In this document: piece by piece, positions 47,801-55,582 of the stretch
How the letters are laid out: each line of letters starts with the position of its first letter
How positions within the stretch are numbered: the stretch's first letter is position 1
Position numbers and translations under genes: made by a program
Assembly (NCBI GenBank): GCA_044228285.1
Contig: JBGAVD010000005.1
Location: forward strand, 193,648-257,647
Direction of reading: 5' to 3'
DNA: 64,000 nucleotides
Source of the DNA: Chlorobiota bacterium
Lineage (GTDB): Bacteria; Bacteroidota; Ignavibacteria; Kapaibacteriales; NICIL-2
Notes under the pieces: model-generated
What the model was told of the DNA's origin: nothing
What the model saw: the letters and a program-made list of their open reading frames with translations, nothing else
The model's database searches: none

Positions 47801-48526
47801 GATTTTGCAAATGGCGCTCAGATAGTGTTTGATCAGTTTATTTCGTCGGCTGAAGACAAGTGGGGACAGAAGTCGAATCTAACGATGCTTTTGCCTCACG
47901 GCTTTGACGGGCAAGGACCAGAACACTCAAGCGCAAGATTGGAACGTTACCTTCAGCTTTGTGCTGACGAGAATATGATTGTGTGTTTTGTAACAACCCC
48001 TGCACAGCTCTTTCATATGCTGCGTCGCCAAGTACTGGCTCCTTGGCGTAAACCATGTATTCTCATGTCGCCCAAAGGTTATTTACGTAAAGTGACATCC
48101 GATCTCCGAGCGCTTTCTCAGGAGACATTCCGCGAGGTCATCGACGACCAGAATGTAGATGCAAGTAAAGTGAAGAGATTGATTTTCTGTTCGGGAATGT
48201 TCTATTATGAGCTCGTCCAGCAACGTGCAGCAGCACAGCGTGACGATGTTGCCGTGATTCGTATCGAACAACTATTCCCGCTGCATACCGAAGCTCTTTC
48301 AGCAGTTGTCTCTCGATACTCTAACGTGAGTGAAGTACTCTGGGCACAGGAAGAACCTCGTAATATGGGAGCCTGGTCCTTTATTCAACCACGTCTTCAA
48401 GAGTTGCTTGGCTCAAGAGCGGTCATACGCTATGTAGGCAGAGTAGAAAGCGCAAGCCCAGCTACTGGTTCGGCAAAAGTTCATGCTAAGGAGCAAGCCG
48501 CAATTCTTGAGGAAGCGCTTAGATAG
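44843..48526 (+). CDS. sucA: Multifunctional 2-oxoglutarate dehydrogenase E1 component with N-terminal E2-type acyltransferase catalytic domain (Kgd/OdhA-type)
   Basis: N-terminus MNPNDVYVEDNYYLFLRDPNSVSAEWQAYF matches SucA. Residues ~150-370 form a 2-oxoacid dehydrogenase acyltransferase catalytic domain ending in the TYDHRVIQGAESGEFL (DHR) motif. They are followed by the full E1o TPP-binding core (LGMAHRGRLNILANL, HGDAAFMGQGVV) and the OGDH C-terminal domain. No lipoyl domain. The start is at ATG 44843. The ORF extends to 44732. Confidence 0.85.
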   Translation: MNPNDVYVEDNYYLFLRDPNSVSAEWQAYFRAGNVPASYQQPTMQSAMTSPMVGSRGSIESSTVLSSVSPSSTDQSSSTNGTLQKTAAVAKPHMYEGDSLQILGGVAEKVAQNMMQSLSIPTATSVRTVPVKVLEENRRLIVKFLTKQRRPKISYTHLIAWAIVKSLLKFPNLNDSCFVDESGVVHRVKRGHIHLGLAVDTTRKDGTRTLVVPSIKDAQALSFAEFIQKYDELILKARTNKLSIDDLSGASVSLTNPGGIGTEMSMPRLMQGQGLIIATGAIDYPPEFQAMMPDVRSTLALSKVMTLTSTYDHRVIQGAESGEFLQHMQRLLLGEFSFYEQIFASLHIHHEPVSWSTDKRLNPFGPQNEFESVDKEAKVLQMINAYRVRGHLMANINPLGMEAYYYPELQPSYYGFTVWDLDREFDTGGLGGIKRATLRDIIDLLRDTYCEEIGVEYMHIQSPEKKFWVQNRAEQTRNTKLFSPEEKKVIYRKIMQAEAFENYINTKFIGMKRFSVEGGEAVLPIVESIFKSASHQQLHGVVLGMAHRGRLNILANLMGKKLEKIFNEFEGVIDATTVQGSGDVKYHLGSRGVYQSESGSTVEVFLVPNPSHLEAADPVVEGTARAWCDEIGDRSYTSVLPVLIHGDAAFMGQGVVPETMNLANLRGYKTGGTIHIIINNQVGFTTNPEDSRSTGYASDMAKFLQVPILHVNGDSPEACITATQFAFEYRNLFHEDVVIDMYCYRKYGHNEGDDPTTTQPLLYKKIKRELSVRAKYRSRIIDEKVVDAQEADAIGAAYAEILNTAFDARASVQTAQPEQYVPLSQTLHERALHSAGDKLFLPVATNVDETRLVEIGKALSTVPPTFHVHPKVADELARRKKQIETDNHAISWGMAEALAFGSLLIEGHPVRLSGQDAGRGTFNHRQAILLDVENQTEYIPLNHLQEGQRSFHIFNSPLSEYAVLGFEYGYSVVRSSGLTIWEAQFGDFANGAQIVFDQFISSAEDKWGQKSNLTMLLPHGFDGQGPEHSSARLERYLQLCADENMIVCFVTTPAQLFHMLRRQVLAPWRKPCILMSPKGYLRKVTSDLRALSQETFREVIDDQNVDASKVKRLIFCSGMFYYELVQQRAAAQRDDVAVIRIEQLFPLHTEALSAVVSRYSNVSEVLWAQEEPRNMGAWSFIQPRLQELLGSRAVIRYVGRVESASPATGSAKVHAKEQAAILEEALR

Positions 48527-48562
48527 TTATCATTGCCTCTGGTCTGTCACTTCTGTTTGAAT

Positions 48563-48617
48563 ACCAAGCGTTCCCGCTGACAATTCCTTGTCATCAGGCG
48601 CGCTTGGTTTCTTTTTG
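48563..48617 (+). terminator. Terminator: nested hairpin (accaagcg...cgcttggt with inner ctgacaa/ttgtcag) followed by TTTCTTTTT
   Basis: 8-bp outer stem and 7-bp inner stem, then a T-rich run 37 nt after the sucA stop. Confidence 0.5.
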
Positions 48618-48689
48618 GAGGCTGCTATACGGTGTTCTGCATTCATTCTCGGGCTATAATATCCAATAGAACTGCCGATAATGTAGAGC

Positions 48690-50285
48690 ATGCCCCATCA
48701 GCAGCTGCAGAATACCCTTCACAGACTCTATACCGAGCAGACTCTACGCTCTGTGGGTCGCTTGCGCTTTCCTGAAGTTGTTGAGCGTGAGTTTCAAGAG
48801 TCATTTTATAACCCGCGCGCTCACGAGTTTATCACGCGCTGGGGTCTCCTTCCAGGATTTGTGATTCTCCTTGCCTTCTGCATCGGCGACATTATTGGTT
48901 TTAGTGAAAAGCTCATACTCATTGAGTCGATACGAGTGATTAGCATGGTGCCCCTCTTGCTGTTGTATAAGTACAAACTCAATGTATGGGTGTATAGGCA
49001 TATTCGAAACTTGTACTCGGCTTATCTCCTGTTGTTAGCCTTCAGTGTAGGGACGATTATCGCTATAAGCCCGCACACTGATTTCGCGCATAGGGGCTAC
49101 ATGTTGTCACTTCCAATGCTGATCATAACCACTTTTTTAGCAAAACCGAAGATCCAGATTGGAGTAGCAACGAGCGTGTTGTTCTGCCTCTGCTTCGATG
49201 TTGCCAATCTGTTGTTGGATTTTAAGCCTTTGGGCTTTGGCGAAGTGGTTTCGATGGTGCATTTCAACCTTGTCATGCTGTCGTCCATAGTCATTGGTGC
49301 GTTTACAGCCTATGTTCTCGAGGTTGCAGAACGAAGAGAGTTTCTGCAGCGTAAAATCATAGATCAAGACAAAGAGTTAATCCTATTGCAACAGCTTGAG
49401 CTGAGTGAAGCAGTGAACGAGCTCAGAAGTGTCAACGATCAGCTAGCTTTAAACAACGAGCGCCTTGATCAGTTGAATCGAGAGAAAGATGTCTTCTTAG
49501 GAATTGCTGCACATGACCTGAAGAACCCACTTACCGGAATCTCTGTAAACATTGCTGGCATCAAACGTCACATTGCGAAAATGTCGCAAGGTGATCTGCT
49601 TGCAGCCATGGACCGTATCGATCTCGCCGCAACGAGAATGCGACGTTTGATCGTACAACTCCTAGACATCAACAAGCTAGAGCACGGCTCTATGGAGATA
49701 AACCCACAAAGAGTGTTGATGTCAGAATTGTTGCTGTCAGTGCAACATGACTATCAACTTCAAGCTAGCGAGAAGAATCTGAAACTAATGGTGGAATGTG
49801 AAGCAGGTCTCTGGAGTTGGGCAGACTCGTCCATGCTAATGCAGGTACTGGACAATCTGGTTTCAAACGCGATCAAGTTTTCAGCACAGCATCGCGTGAT
49901 ACGACTTCGTGCACACATGATGAATGTGGACAATACACAGTGGGTGAAGGTGTGCATTCAGGACGAAGGTCCCGGCATCTCTGCCGACGACATAGACAAA
50001 CTATTCAAGAGATTTACAAAACTATCAGCAAAGCCCACTGCTGGTGAGCACTCGAGCGGACTGGGTTTGTCGATTGCAAAGATGCTCATAGATCGGATGG
50101 AGGGTAGCATCCACTGCGAATCGGAGGTGGGGAAGGGAACGAGTTTTGTTCTTCTACTCCCACCTGCTGAAAAATGCGCCACTTCTCCAATAGTAAGAGA
50201 TGTGGACAGAGAACTACAAAGAGCTGACGTGTGTAGTGCTCCTGACCAGCCTAAACATGCACAATTCGGATCATCAAGACTATAA
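48690..50285 (+). CDS. Sensor histidine kinase with N-terminal polytopic membrane sensor domain
   Basis: About 6 TM helices, then a coiled coil, an H-box AAHDLKNPLTGI, and an HATPase N/G boxes (VSNAIKFS, DEGPGI, GLGLSIAK). There is no response regulator adjacent. Confidence 0.8.
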   Translation: MPHQQLQNTLHRLYTEQTLRSVGRLRFPEVVEREFQESFYNPRAHEFITRWGLLPGFVILLAFCIGDIIGFSEKLILIESIRVISMVPLLLLYKYKLNVWVYRHIRNLYSAYLLLLAFSVGTIIAISPHTDFAHRGYMLSLPMLIITTFLAKPKIQIGVATSVLFCLCFDVANLLLDFKPLGFGEVVSMVHFNLVMLSSIVIGAFTAYVLEVAERREFLQRKIIDQDKELILLQQLELSEAVNELRSVNDQLALNNERLDQLNREKDVFLGIAAHDLKNPLTGISVNIAGIKRHIAKMSQGDLLAAMDRIDLAATRMRRLIVQLLDINKLEHGSMEINPQRVLMSELLLSVQHDYQLQASEKNLKLMVECEAGLWSWADSSMLMQVLDNLVSNAIKFSAQHRVIRLRAHMMNVDNTQWVKVCIQDEGPGISADDIDKLFKRFTKLSAKPTAGEHSSGLGLSIAKMLIDRMEGSIHCESEVGKGTSFVLLLPPAEKCATSPIVRDVDRELQRADVCSAPDQPKHAQFGSSRL

Positions 50286-50770
50286 GTTCTTAGCTCGAAC
50301 GCACAGACGCGTAGTCTATTCTAACAATGGCGTCGCTGGAGCAATGCAGCAACGAAGTTGCTGCATTAGCAAAAGACACTTTCTGCAAGCCATCAAACGT
50401 GCAATTCACTCAATCGGAACAGCTCTCGGGACAATGAGAGCCGGACCCTTGCATTTTGTGAGACAGTGTGATGGCTTTTGCTTCTGCACATGGTGTGTAA
50501 CCATACCAAAACTCAGCGCTAGGAACACAAGGCTAACAAATGCACGTGTAGAGCCAGAATCAGTTACTCGCTGAGCAACACTATTCAAGTGTTGTTGTTG
50601 GAAGGTAAATGCAGTTCTTAGCTTCATGGTGATGTCCGTTGTAATACCACTCTCAAAATAACATAGTTCGAAAGCACCCAGGGTTAAAAGCTGTTAAAAA
50701 GTGGTTAACTGAACACGGCATGCCATGCAGAAGAGCAAACATGTCAGCAGACAAGAATCACCCAATTTGA

Positions 50771-51760
50771 TTAGACACGAATGATTTGGTCGCGAAGCTC
50801 CGTATGAGAGCTCTGAAGTCGAGCTCCATGCTGGGAAACTACCCGAGCTGCAGCCAGAGAAGCAAGCTCACCGGCTTGTCGTGGTGTAAACTGATGAGTG
50901 ACTCCGTACAGAAATGCTCCGGCGTACATGTCACCAGCACCGTTCGTATTGAGAACGGTAGTAGCTACAGGAGGAATATGGATAACAGACGATCCAAGCT
51001 TGATCTTTGAGCCTTGCGCGCCTAAGGTAAGGGCTACATTAGGCATGTTTGCGGCTAAAGAATTGAAGGCGTCGTCAATAGAGTCACTTTCGGCATAAGC
51101 CTTTGCTTCAAACTCATTGCAGAAAATTAGGTCTGCCTCAGCAGCAGCTTTATTAAGGACCTGACGGAACACGTTTACGATGAACGTGTCAGAGAAAGTT
51201 ACCGCGATTTTTGTGGCATGCTTCTTTGCATAGAAAATTGCCTCCTCAATTGCAGCAGCGCCACTTTCCTCTGTAAACTTATAACCTTCAATGTACAGCC
51301 ATTCAGCGCGGGCAACAACATCTTCAATAACGTGTTGAGCGCTGAAATTTGTATTAACTCCTAGAGAGGTTTGCATTGTTCGTTCACCGTCAGGGCTCAC
51401 AAGCACAACGCATGTTCCCGTTGGATGTTGCGAGCTCTTCTCCGCAAAAAGCTCTAACCCAAGTTCCTCAAACTCGGAAGCGTAGAAGTTGCCCAGAGCG
51501 TCGTTCCCGAGCAGTGATTTGTAGGCAGCACGACCGCCAAACTGACCGAAAGCAATGACCGTATTCGCTGCAGACCCGCCGCTGCTTTTGCGAGCGATGA
51601 GATGGCTAAGTTTAGTGAGCAGCTCCTGTTGCTCATCTGCTGAAGACAACGTCATGCCTCCTTTGGGTAAACCTAGCTGAAGCAGTTCAGCTTCATTCAC
51701 TTGGAATTCTAAATCAACGAGGGCGTTTCCGAGGGCTACAAGGTGCAGGTCTTTTGTCAT
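50771..51760 (-). CDS. PfkB-family carbohydrate/nucleoside kinase (adenosine-kinase-like)
   Basis: N-terminal LGNALVD and C-terminal NTNGAGDMYAGAFLYG ribokinase-family signature. Confidence 0.7.
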   Translation of the reverse strand: MTKDLHLVALGNALVDLEFQVNEAELLQLGLPKGGMTLSSADEQQELLTKLSHLIARKSSGGSAANTVIAFGQFGGRAAYKSLLGNDALGNFYASEFEELGLELFAEKSSQHPTGTCVVLVSPDGERTMQTSLGVNTNFSAQHVIEDVVARAEWLYIEGYKFTEESGAAAIEEAIFYAKKHATKIAVTFSDTFIVNVFRQVLNKAAAEADLIFCNEFEAKAYAESDSIDDAFNSLAANMPNVALTLGAQGSKIKLGSSVIHIPPVATTVLNTNGAGDMYAGAFLYGVTHQFTPRQAGELASLAAARVVSQHGARLQSSHTELRDQIIRV

Positions 51761-51762
51761 AG

Positions 51763-52770
51763 TTATGCTAGTTCAATGATACGTTCACACAGAGTAATAA
51801 AGTCCATATCGGCAGCAGCAGCTGCCTTCGGTACAAGGCTTGTTGCGGTCATCCCAGGAAGGGTATTTACTTCCAAACACCACGGGTGATTGTCGTCATC
51901 TAAACGAAAGTCCACCCGCGAGTATCCACTGCAGCCGCAAGCTTTATGAGCGGTGATGGCGAGGTTCTGAATAAAGCTGCTGAGTTCATCATCTAGCTCT
52001 GCTGGGCAGATATACTGAGACATGCCTTTGGTATACTTATGCTCGTAGTCATAGAATCCTCCTTCTGGAGCGATCTCAATGATAGGGTAGGCTTCATCGC
52101 CAATCACTGCTACAGTCAGCTCTCTGCCTGGTATAAGTTGCTCAACAACAGCTACAGACGAGTATTGTAATGCAGTCGCAACGGCAACCTCCATCTCATC
52201 CAGATTCCCATTTTCAATGATGGTCATACCCACAGTCGAACCTTGATCATTTGGCTTGACCACAAGAGAGCCACGGAAGCCGTCGCGAAGATCTTTGAGT
52301 AGGTCATAGTCTTTCGCGTTTTCTTGGGTGACAACAGCCCAAGCTGGAGTCGGTACCCCAGTCGCTGAAAAGATAATTTTTGATTGTGCTTTGTCCATCG
52401 CAAGTGCGCTTGCCATCACTTTGGAACCAGTGTAGCGAAGTCCTCTGGCTTGAAGCAGCGCTTGCATGATGCCGTCCTCCCCGTTTTCACCATGCAAGAC
52501 GCTAAAGACAACGTCAACATCATTGAAAACATCAGATAGTACTGCCTTTATAAAATTCTGCACGGGCAAAGCCTCAAGTTCCTCACGGGTTGGCGGCGTT
52601 GCAGGCGCGTCAATATTCTCTATGTTCAGTATGCAAGACTCACCCAATGCAGGATCAATGCAAACAACAGAGTGGTTGTTCTGTTGCAATGCGTTTGCTA
52701 CAGCCTTGCCGCTATTGAGTGAAACGTTTCGCTCGGGAGAATTGCCTCCCATGAGTACGGCGATTTTCAT
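51763..52770 (-). CDS. ddl: D-alanine--D-alanine ligase
   Basis: MKIAVLMGGNSPERNVSLNSG N-terminus and the ATP-grasp core. It is 2 nt from the downstream kinase. Confidence 0.85.
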   Translation of the reverse strand: MKIAVLMGGNSPERNVSLNSGKAVANALQQNNHSVVCIDPALGESCILNIENIDAPATPPTREELEALPVQNFIKAVLSDVFNDVDVVFSVLHGENGEDGIMQALLQARGLRYTGSKVMASALAMDKAQSKIIFSATGVPTPAWAVVTQENAKDYDLLKDLRDGFRGSLVVKPNDQGSTVGMTIIENGNLDEMEVAVATALQYSSVAVVEQLIPGRELTVAVIGDEAYPIIEIAPEGGFYDYEHKYTKGMSQYICPAELDDELSSFIQNLAITAHKACGCSGYSRVDFRLDDDNHPWCLEVNTLPGMTATSLVPKAAAAADMDFITLCERIIELA

Positions 52771-52849
52771 AAAGTAGGTGTTAGGGGATCAAAGTGAATA
52801 AATCGAGTTCGGTAGTGCTTCGAGTCCTGACTGCAGCAAATGCTCGAGT

Positions 52850-53728
52850 TTAGCTTTGCGGTGAATCGAAATCAGGCAGTGTTCCACGTCGCAGAAACTC
52901 ATCATATGCGGTACGCAAACGCTGTACGTCCTCCCATGTCCCTTTCTTCCACTCGGGGTTCCGGAGCAGGGCAGCAGGGTGGTAGGTTACCATCATTCGA
53001 ACGTCCTGATAATTGAAAAACTTTCCTCGTACATCAGCCATTTTGAATTTGGATTTGAGCAAGGTATTGACAGCAGTGAGGCCGAGTGCGAGGATAAACT
53101 TCGGCTTGATGATTTGCAGTTGTTTGTAAAGATACGGTTCGCATTGATCAACTTCGTCGGAGCTTGGCACGCGGTTACCTGGTGGTCGACATTTGAGGAT
53201 GTTACAGATGAACACTTCCTCACGTGAGAGTTGTACTGCCTCTAAGATCTTCGTGAGCAACTGGCCTGCTCTGCCAACGAATGGCTCTCCTTGAGCATCT
53301 TCTTCAGCGCCTGGTGCTTCTCCAATCACAACAATATCCGCGTTTGGATTACCAACACCAAACACGAACTTGTTTCGTGTTGCGCCAAGCTCACAGTTCT
53401 GACATTCACAGATTCGCTCTCGTAGCGTTTTGAGACTTCGTGAACCCTTCCAAGATGTATCCTGAGCCATGTCTTCTTCTTGAGTAAAAGTGTCAGCTTC
53501 ATTACCAGCGTTTCTATTTGTACCTGATTCCTTTGGCAATTCAGCTGAGTCTGCGTTTAGTGCCATAGCTGTGTGGTGTTCTTTGTTCTCGGAGTTCTGA
53601 TGAGTATTTGCTTCAGCCACTTGAACATCAAAGTACAGAATGGGTCCACCAAGCAGTTCTTGTTGTTTCAGATACCTTTCAAGGGTGCTATCTGATGTTT
53701 GGATGTTTATAGTTCGGGACTCAGCCAT
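52850..53728 (-). CDS. Family-4 uracil-DNA glycosylase with ~95-aa low-complexity N-terminal extension
   Basis: CECQNCEL Fe-S Cys motif plus [23 protein letters not shown] family-4 signature. The start ATG overlaps the purT stop (ATGGCTGA). An internal Met at 53470 would give a canonical-length protein. Confidence 0.8.
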   Translation of the reverse strand: MAESRTINIQTSDSTLERYLKQQELLGGPILYFDVQVAEANTHQNSENKEHHTAMALNADSAELPKESGTNRNAGNEADTFTQEEDMAQDTSWKGSRSLKTLRERICECQNCELGATRNKFVFGVGNPNADIVVIGEAPGAEEDAQGEPFVGRAGQLLTKILEAVQLSREEVFICNILKCRPPGNRVPSSDEVDQCEPYLYKQLQIIKPKFILALGLTAVNTLLKSKFKMADVRGKFFNYQDVRMMVTYHPAALLRNPEWKKGTWEDVQRLRTAYDEFLRRGTLPDFDSPQS

Positions 53729-54902
53729 GTCGGACTACCTTGATCTTAGCAGCAGCTTCCATGGCGCGATCGCAGGCATGCAAAGCAGCCTGTAGATCGG
53801 GACTAAACGCGAGCGCAACGGCCATGCGGCGATATGGACGCGTAGTGGGTTTTGCAAAAACGCGAACATCAATTTCTTTTTCTAGCAAAGCCGCATCGAT
53901 ACCCTCAAAATCTGGAAGCTGATCAGATTGACTCGTCGCGAGGACAACAGAGCTTGCTCCTGAACCACGAAGTATTATCTCGGGTATTGGCAAGCCGAGT
54001 ACGGCTCGACAATGCAACTCAAACTCATTAAGGTTCTGTGTTCCAGCTAATGTGACCATTCCAGTGTCGTGGGGTCGAGGTGATAACTCCGAAAAGACGA
54101 CACCATCTTCGCACAAGAAGAATTCAACGCCCCAGATTCCGGCACCTCCCAAAGCACCAGTTACTTGAGCAGCCATGGATTGCGCTGTACGAAGGTCAGC
54201 TTCTGATAAAGCGCATGGCTGCCAGCTCTGCTGATAGTCTCCTCGCTCCTGACGATGTCCGATTGGAGGGCAAAACAAGGTTGGACCGTTCTTCTGTGTA
54301 ACTGTAAGAAGTGTGATCTCAGTGTGGAAATTGATGAAACCTTCTACGATTACTTCAACAACATCACCGCGGCTGCCAGACAAAGCATAGTTCCACGCTT
54401 TTTCGATATCTGTTGTAGACTTGAGAGTGGATTGTCCTTTTCCCGACGATGACATGAGTGGCTTCACGACACAGGGCAAGCCTATCTGCTGAACGGCAAG
54501 ATTGAACTCTTCAAAAGTAGTTGCATAGGCATAAGGAGCTGTGCGAACACCAAGTTCTTTAGCAGCAAGGTCGCGAATAGCCCGTCGGTTCATTGTGAAG
54601 TTAGCAGCCTTAGCACTAGGAACTACTTGAATGCCAGACTTCTCAAACTCATAGAGTTTCTCCGTTCGTATGGCTTCAATCTCTGGGACGATAATGTCGG
54701 GTTTGTGTCGTTCAACAACCTCCACAAGAGCATCACCATCCAGCATGGAAAAAACTTCAAAGCCATCAGCAACCTGCATAGCAGGCGCTCCGGCATACGA
54801 GTCTGCCGCAATCACATACTGACCTAGACGTTTTGCCGCGATAACGAATTCCTTGCCCAGTTCACCAGAGCCTAAGAGGAGAATTTTCTTTTGGAATGAC
54901 AT
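53721..54902 (-). CDS. purT: Formate-dependent phosphoribosylglycinamide formyltransferase
   Basis: [14 protein letters not shown]-terminus and the ATP-grasp domain. 393 aa. Confidence 0.9.
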   Translation of the reverse strand: MSFQKKILLLGSGELGKEFVIAAKRLGQYVIAADSYAGAPAMQVADGFEVFSMLDGDALVEVVERHKPDIIVPEIEAIRTEKLYEFEKSGIQVVPSAKAANFTMNRRAIRDLAAKELGVRTAPYAYATTFEEFNLAVQQIGLPCVVKPLMSSSGKGQSTLKSTTDIEKAWNYALSGSRGDVVEVIVEGFINFHTEITLLTVTQKNGPTLFCPPIGHRQERGDYQQSWQPCALSEADLRTAQSMAAQVTGALGGAGIWGVEFFLCEDGVVFSELSPRPHDTGMVTLAGTQNLNEFELHCRAVLGLPIPEIILRGSGASSVVLATSQSDQLPDFEGIDAALLEKEIDVRVFAKPTTRPYRRMAVALAFSPDLQAALHACDRAMEAAAKIKVVRHG

Positions 54903-54935
54903 AGGGATTGAGACAATAGTGAAGACGAAACGGAA

Positions 54936-55493
54936 CTATGGTTGTACTTGGGAGTTGTACTGTCGTCGATACTCTGCAACATAATCCACATAGTTCTGTG
55001 CGGATTGTTCAAGTTTTGCACGTTCGTCTGCTCGGAGCTCACGGACTACTTTGCCAGGGACGCCAGCAATGAGAACACCGCCAGGTGGTGTAGAGCCTTC
55101 TGGGAGTACAGTTCCTGCAGCTATAAGTGTGTAGGGTTCAATGACGCATCGGTCGAGGATCTTGGCACCCATTCCAACAAGCACAAAATCTTTGATGATA
55201 CAGCCGTGAAGCACTGCGCTATGACCAACAGTTACATTATTTCCAATGTTCAAACTGTGTTTCTTATAGGTCACATGCAGCATCGACAGATCTTGAATGT
55301 TCGTCCGTTCGCCAATGCGGATAGAGTGAACGTCACCGCGAATCACCACATTGTACCAAACAGAAGAATATGCACCTATCTCGACATCTCCAAGAATAAT
55401 TGATCCCGCCGCGTAAAAAACACTAGGGTGAATATTCGGCCTTATTCCTCCATATTCGAAGATCTGACCGCTTTGTCCGCTTTCTTTTTGCAT
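54936..55493 (-). CDS. Gamma-class carbonic anhydrase family / left-handed beta-helix hexapeptide-repeat protein
   Basis: VVIRGDVHSIRIGERTNIQDLSMLHV aligns with the YrdA/CaiE family. The start is taken at MQKESGQ. The ORF extends to 55565. Confidence 0.7.
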   Translation of the reverse strand: MQKESGQSGQIFEYGGIRPNIHPSVFYAAGSIILGDVEIGAYSSVWYNVVIRGDVHSIRIGERTNIQDLSMLHVTYKKHSLNIGNNVTVGHSAVLHGCIIKDFVLVGMGAKILDRCVIEPYTLIAAGTVLPEGSTPPGGVLIAGVPGKVVRELRADERAKLEQSAQNYVDYVAEYRRQYNSQVQP

Positions 55494-55553
55494 ATCATTG
55501 TGAGAATTGGACTGCAAAGATATCAAGGAGCTACGCATCACAAGGGTTCGGGC

Positions 55554-55561
55554 GTATTTTT
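55554..55561 (+). promoter_or_regulatory. Putative Bacteroidota-type -7 promoter element (TATTTTTG) upstream of the NTPase gene
   Basis: Fits TAnnTTTG, 21 nt upstream of ATG 55583 in an 89-bp divergent intergenic region. This is sequence match only. Confidence 0.25.
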
Positions 55562-55582
55562 GCATGAAACTATCGTATACCT

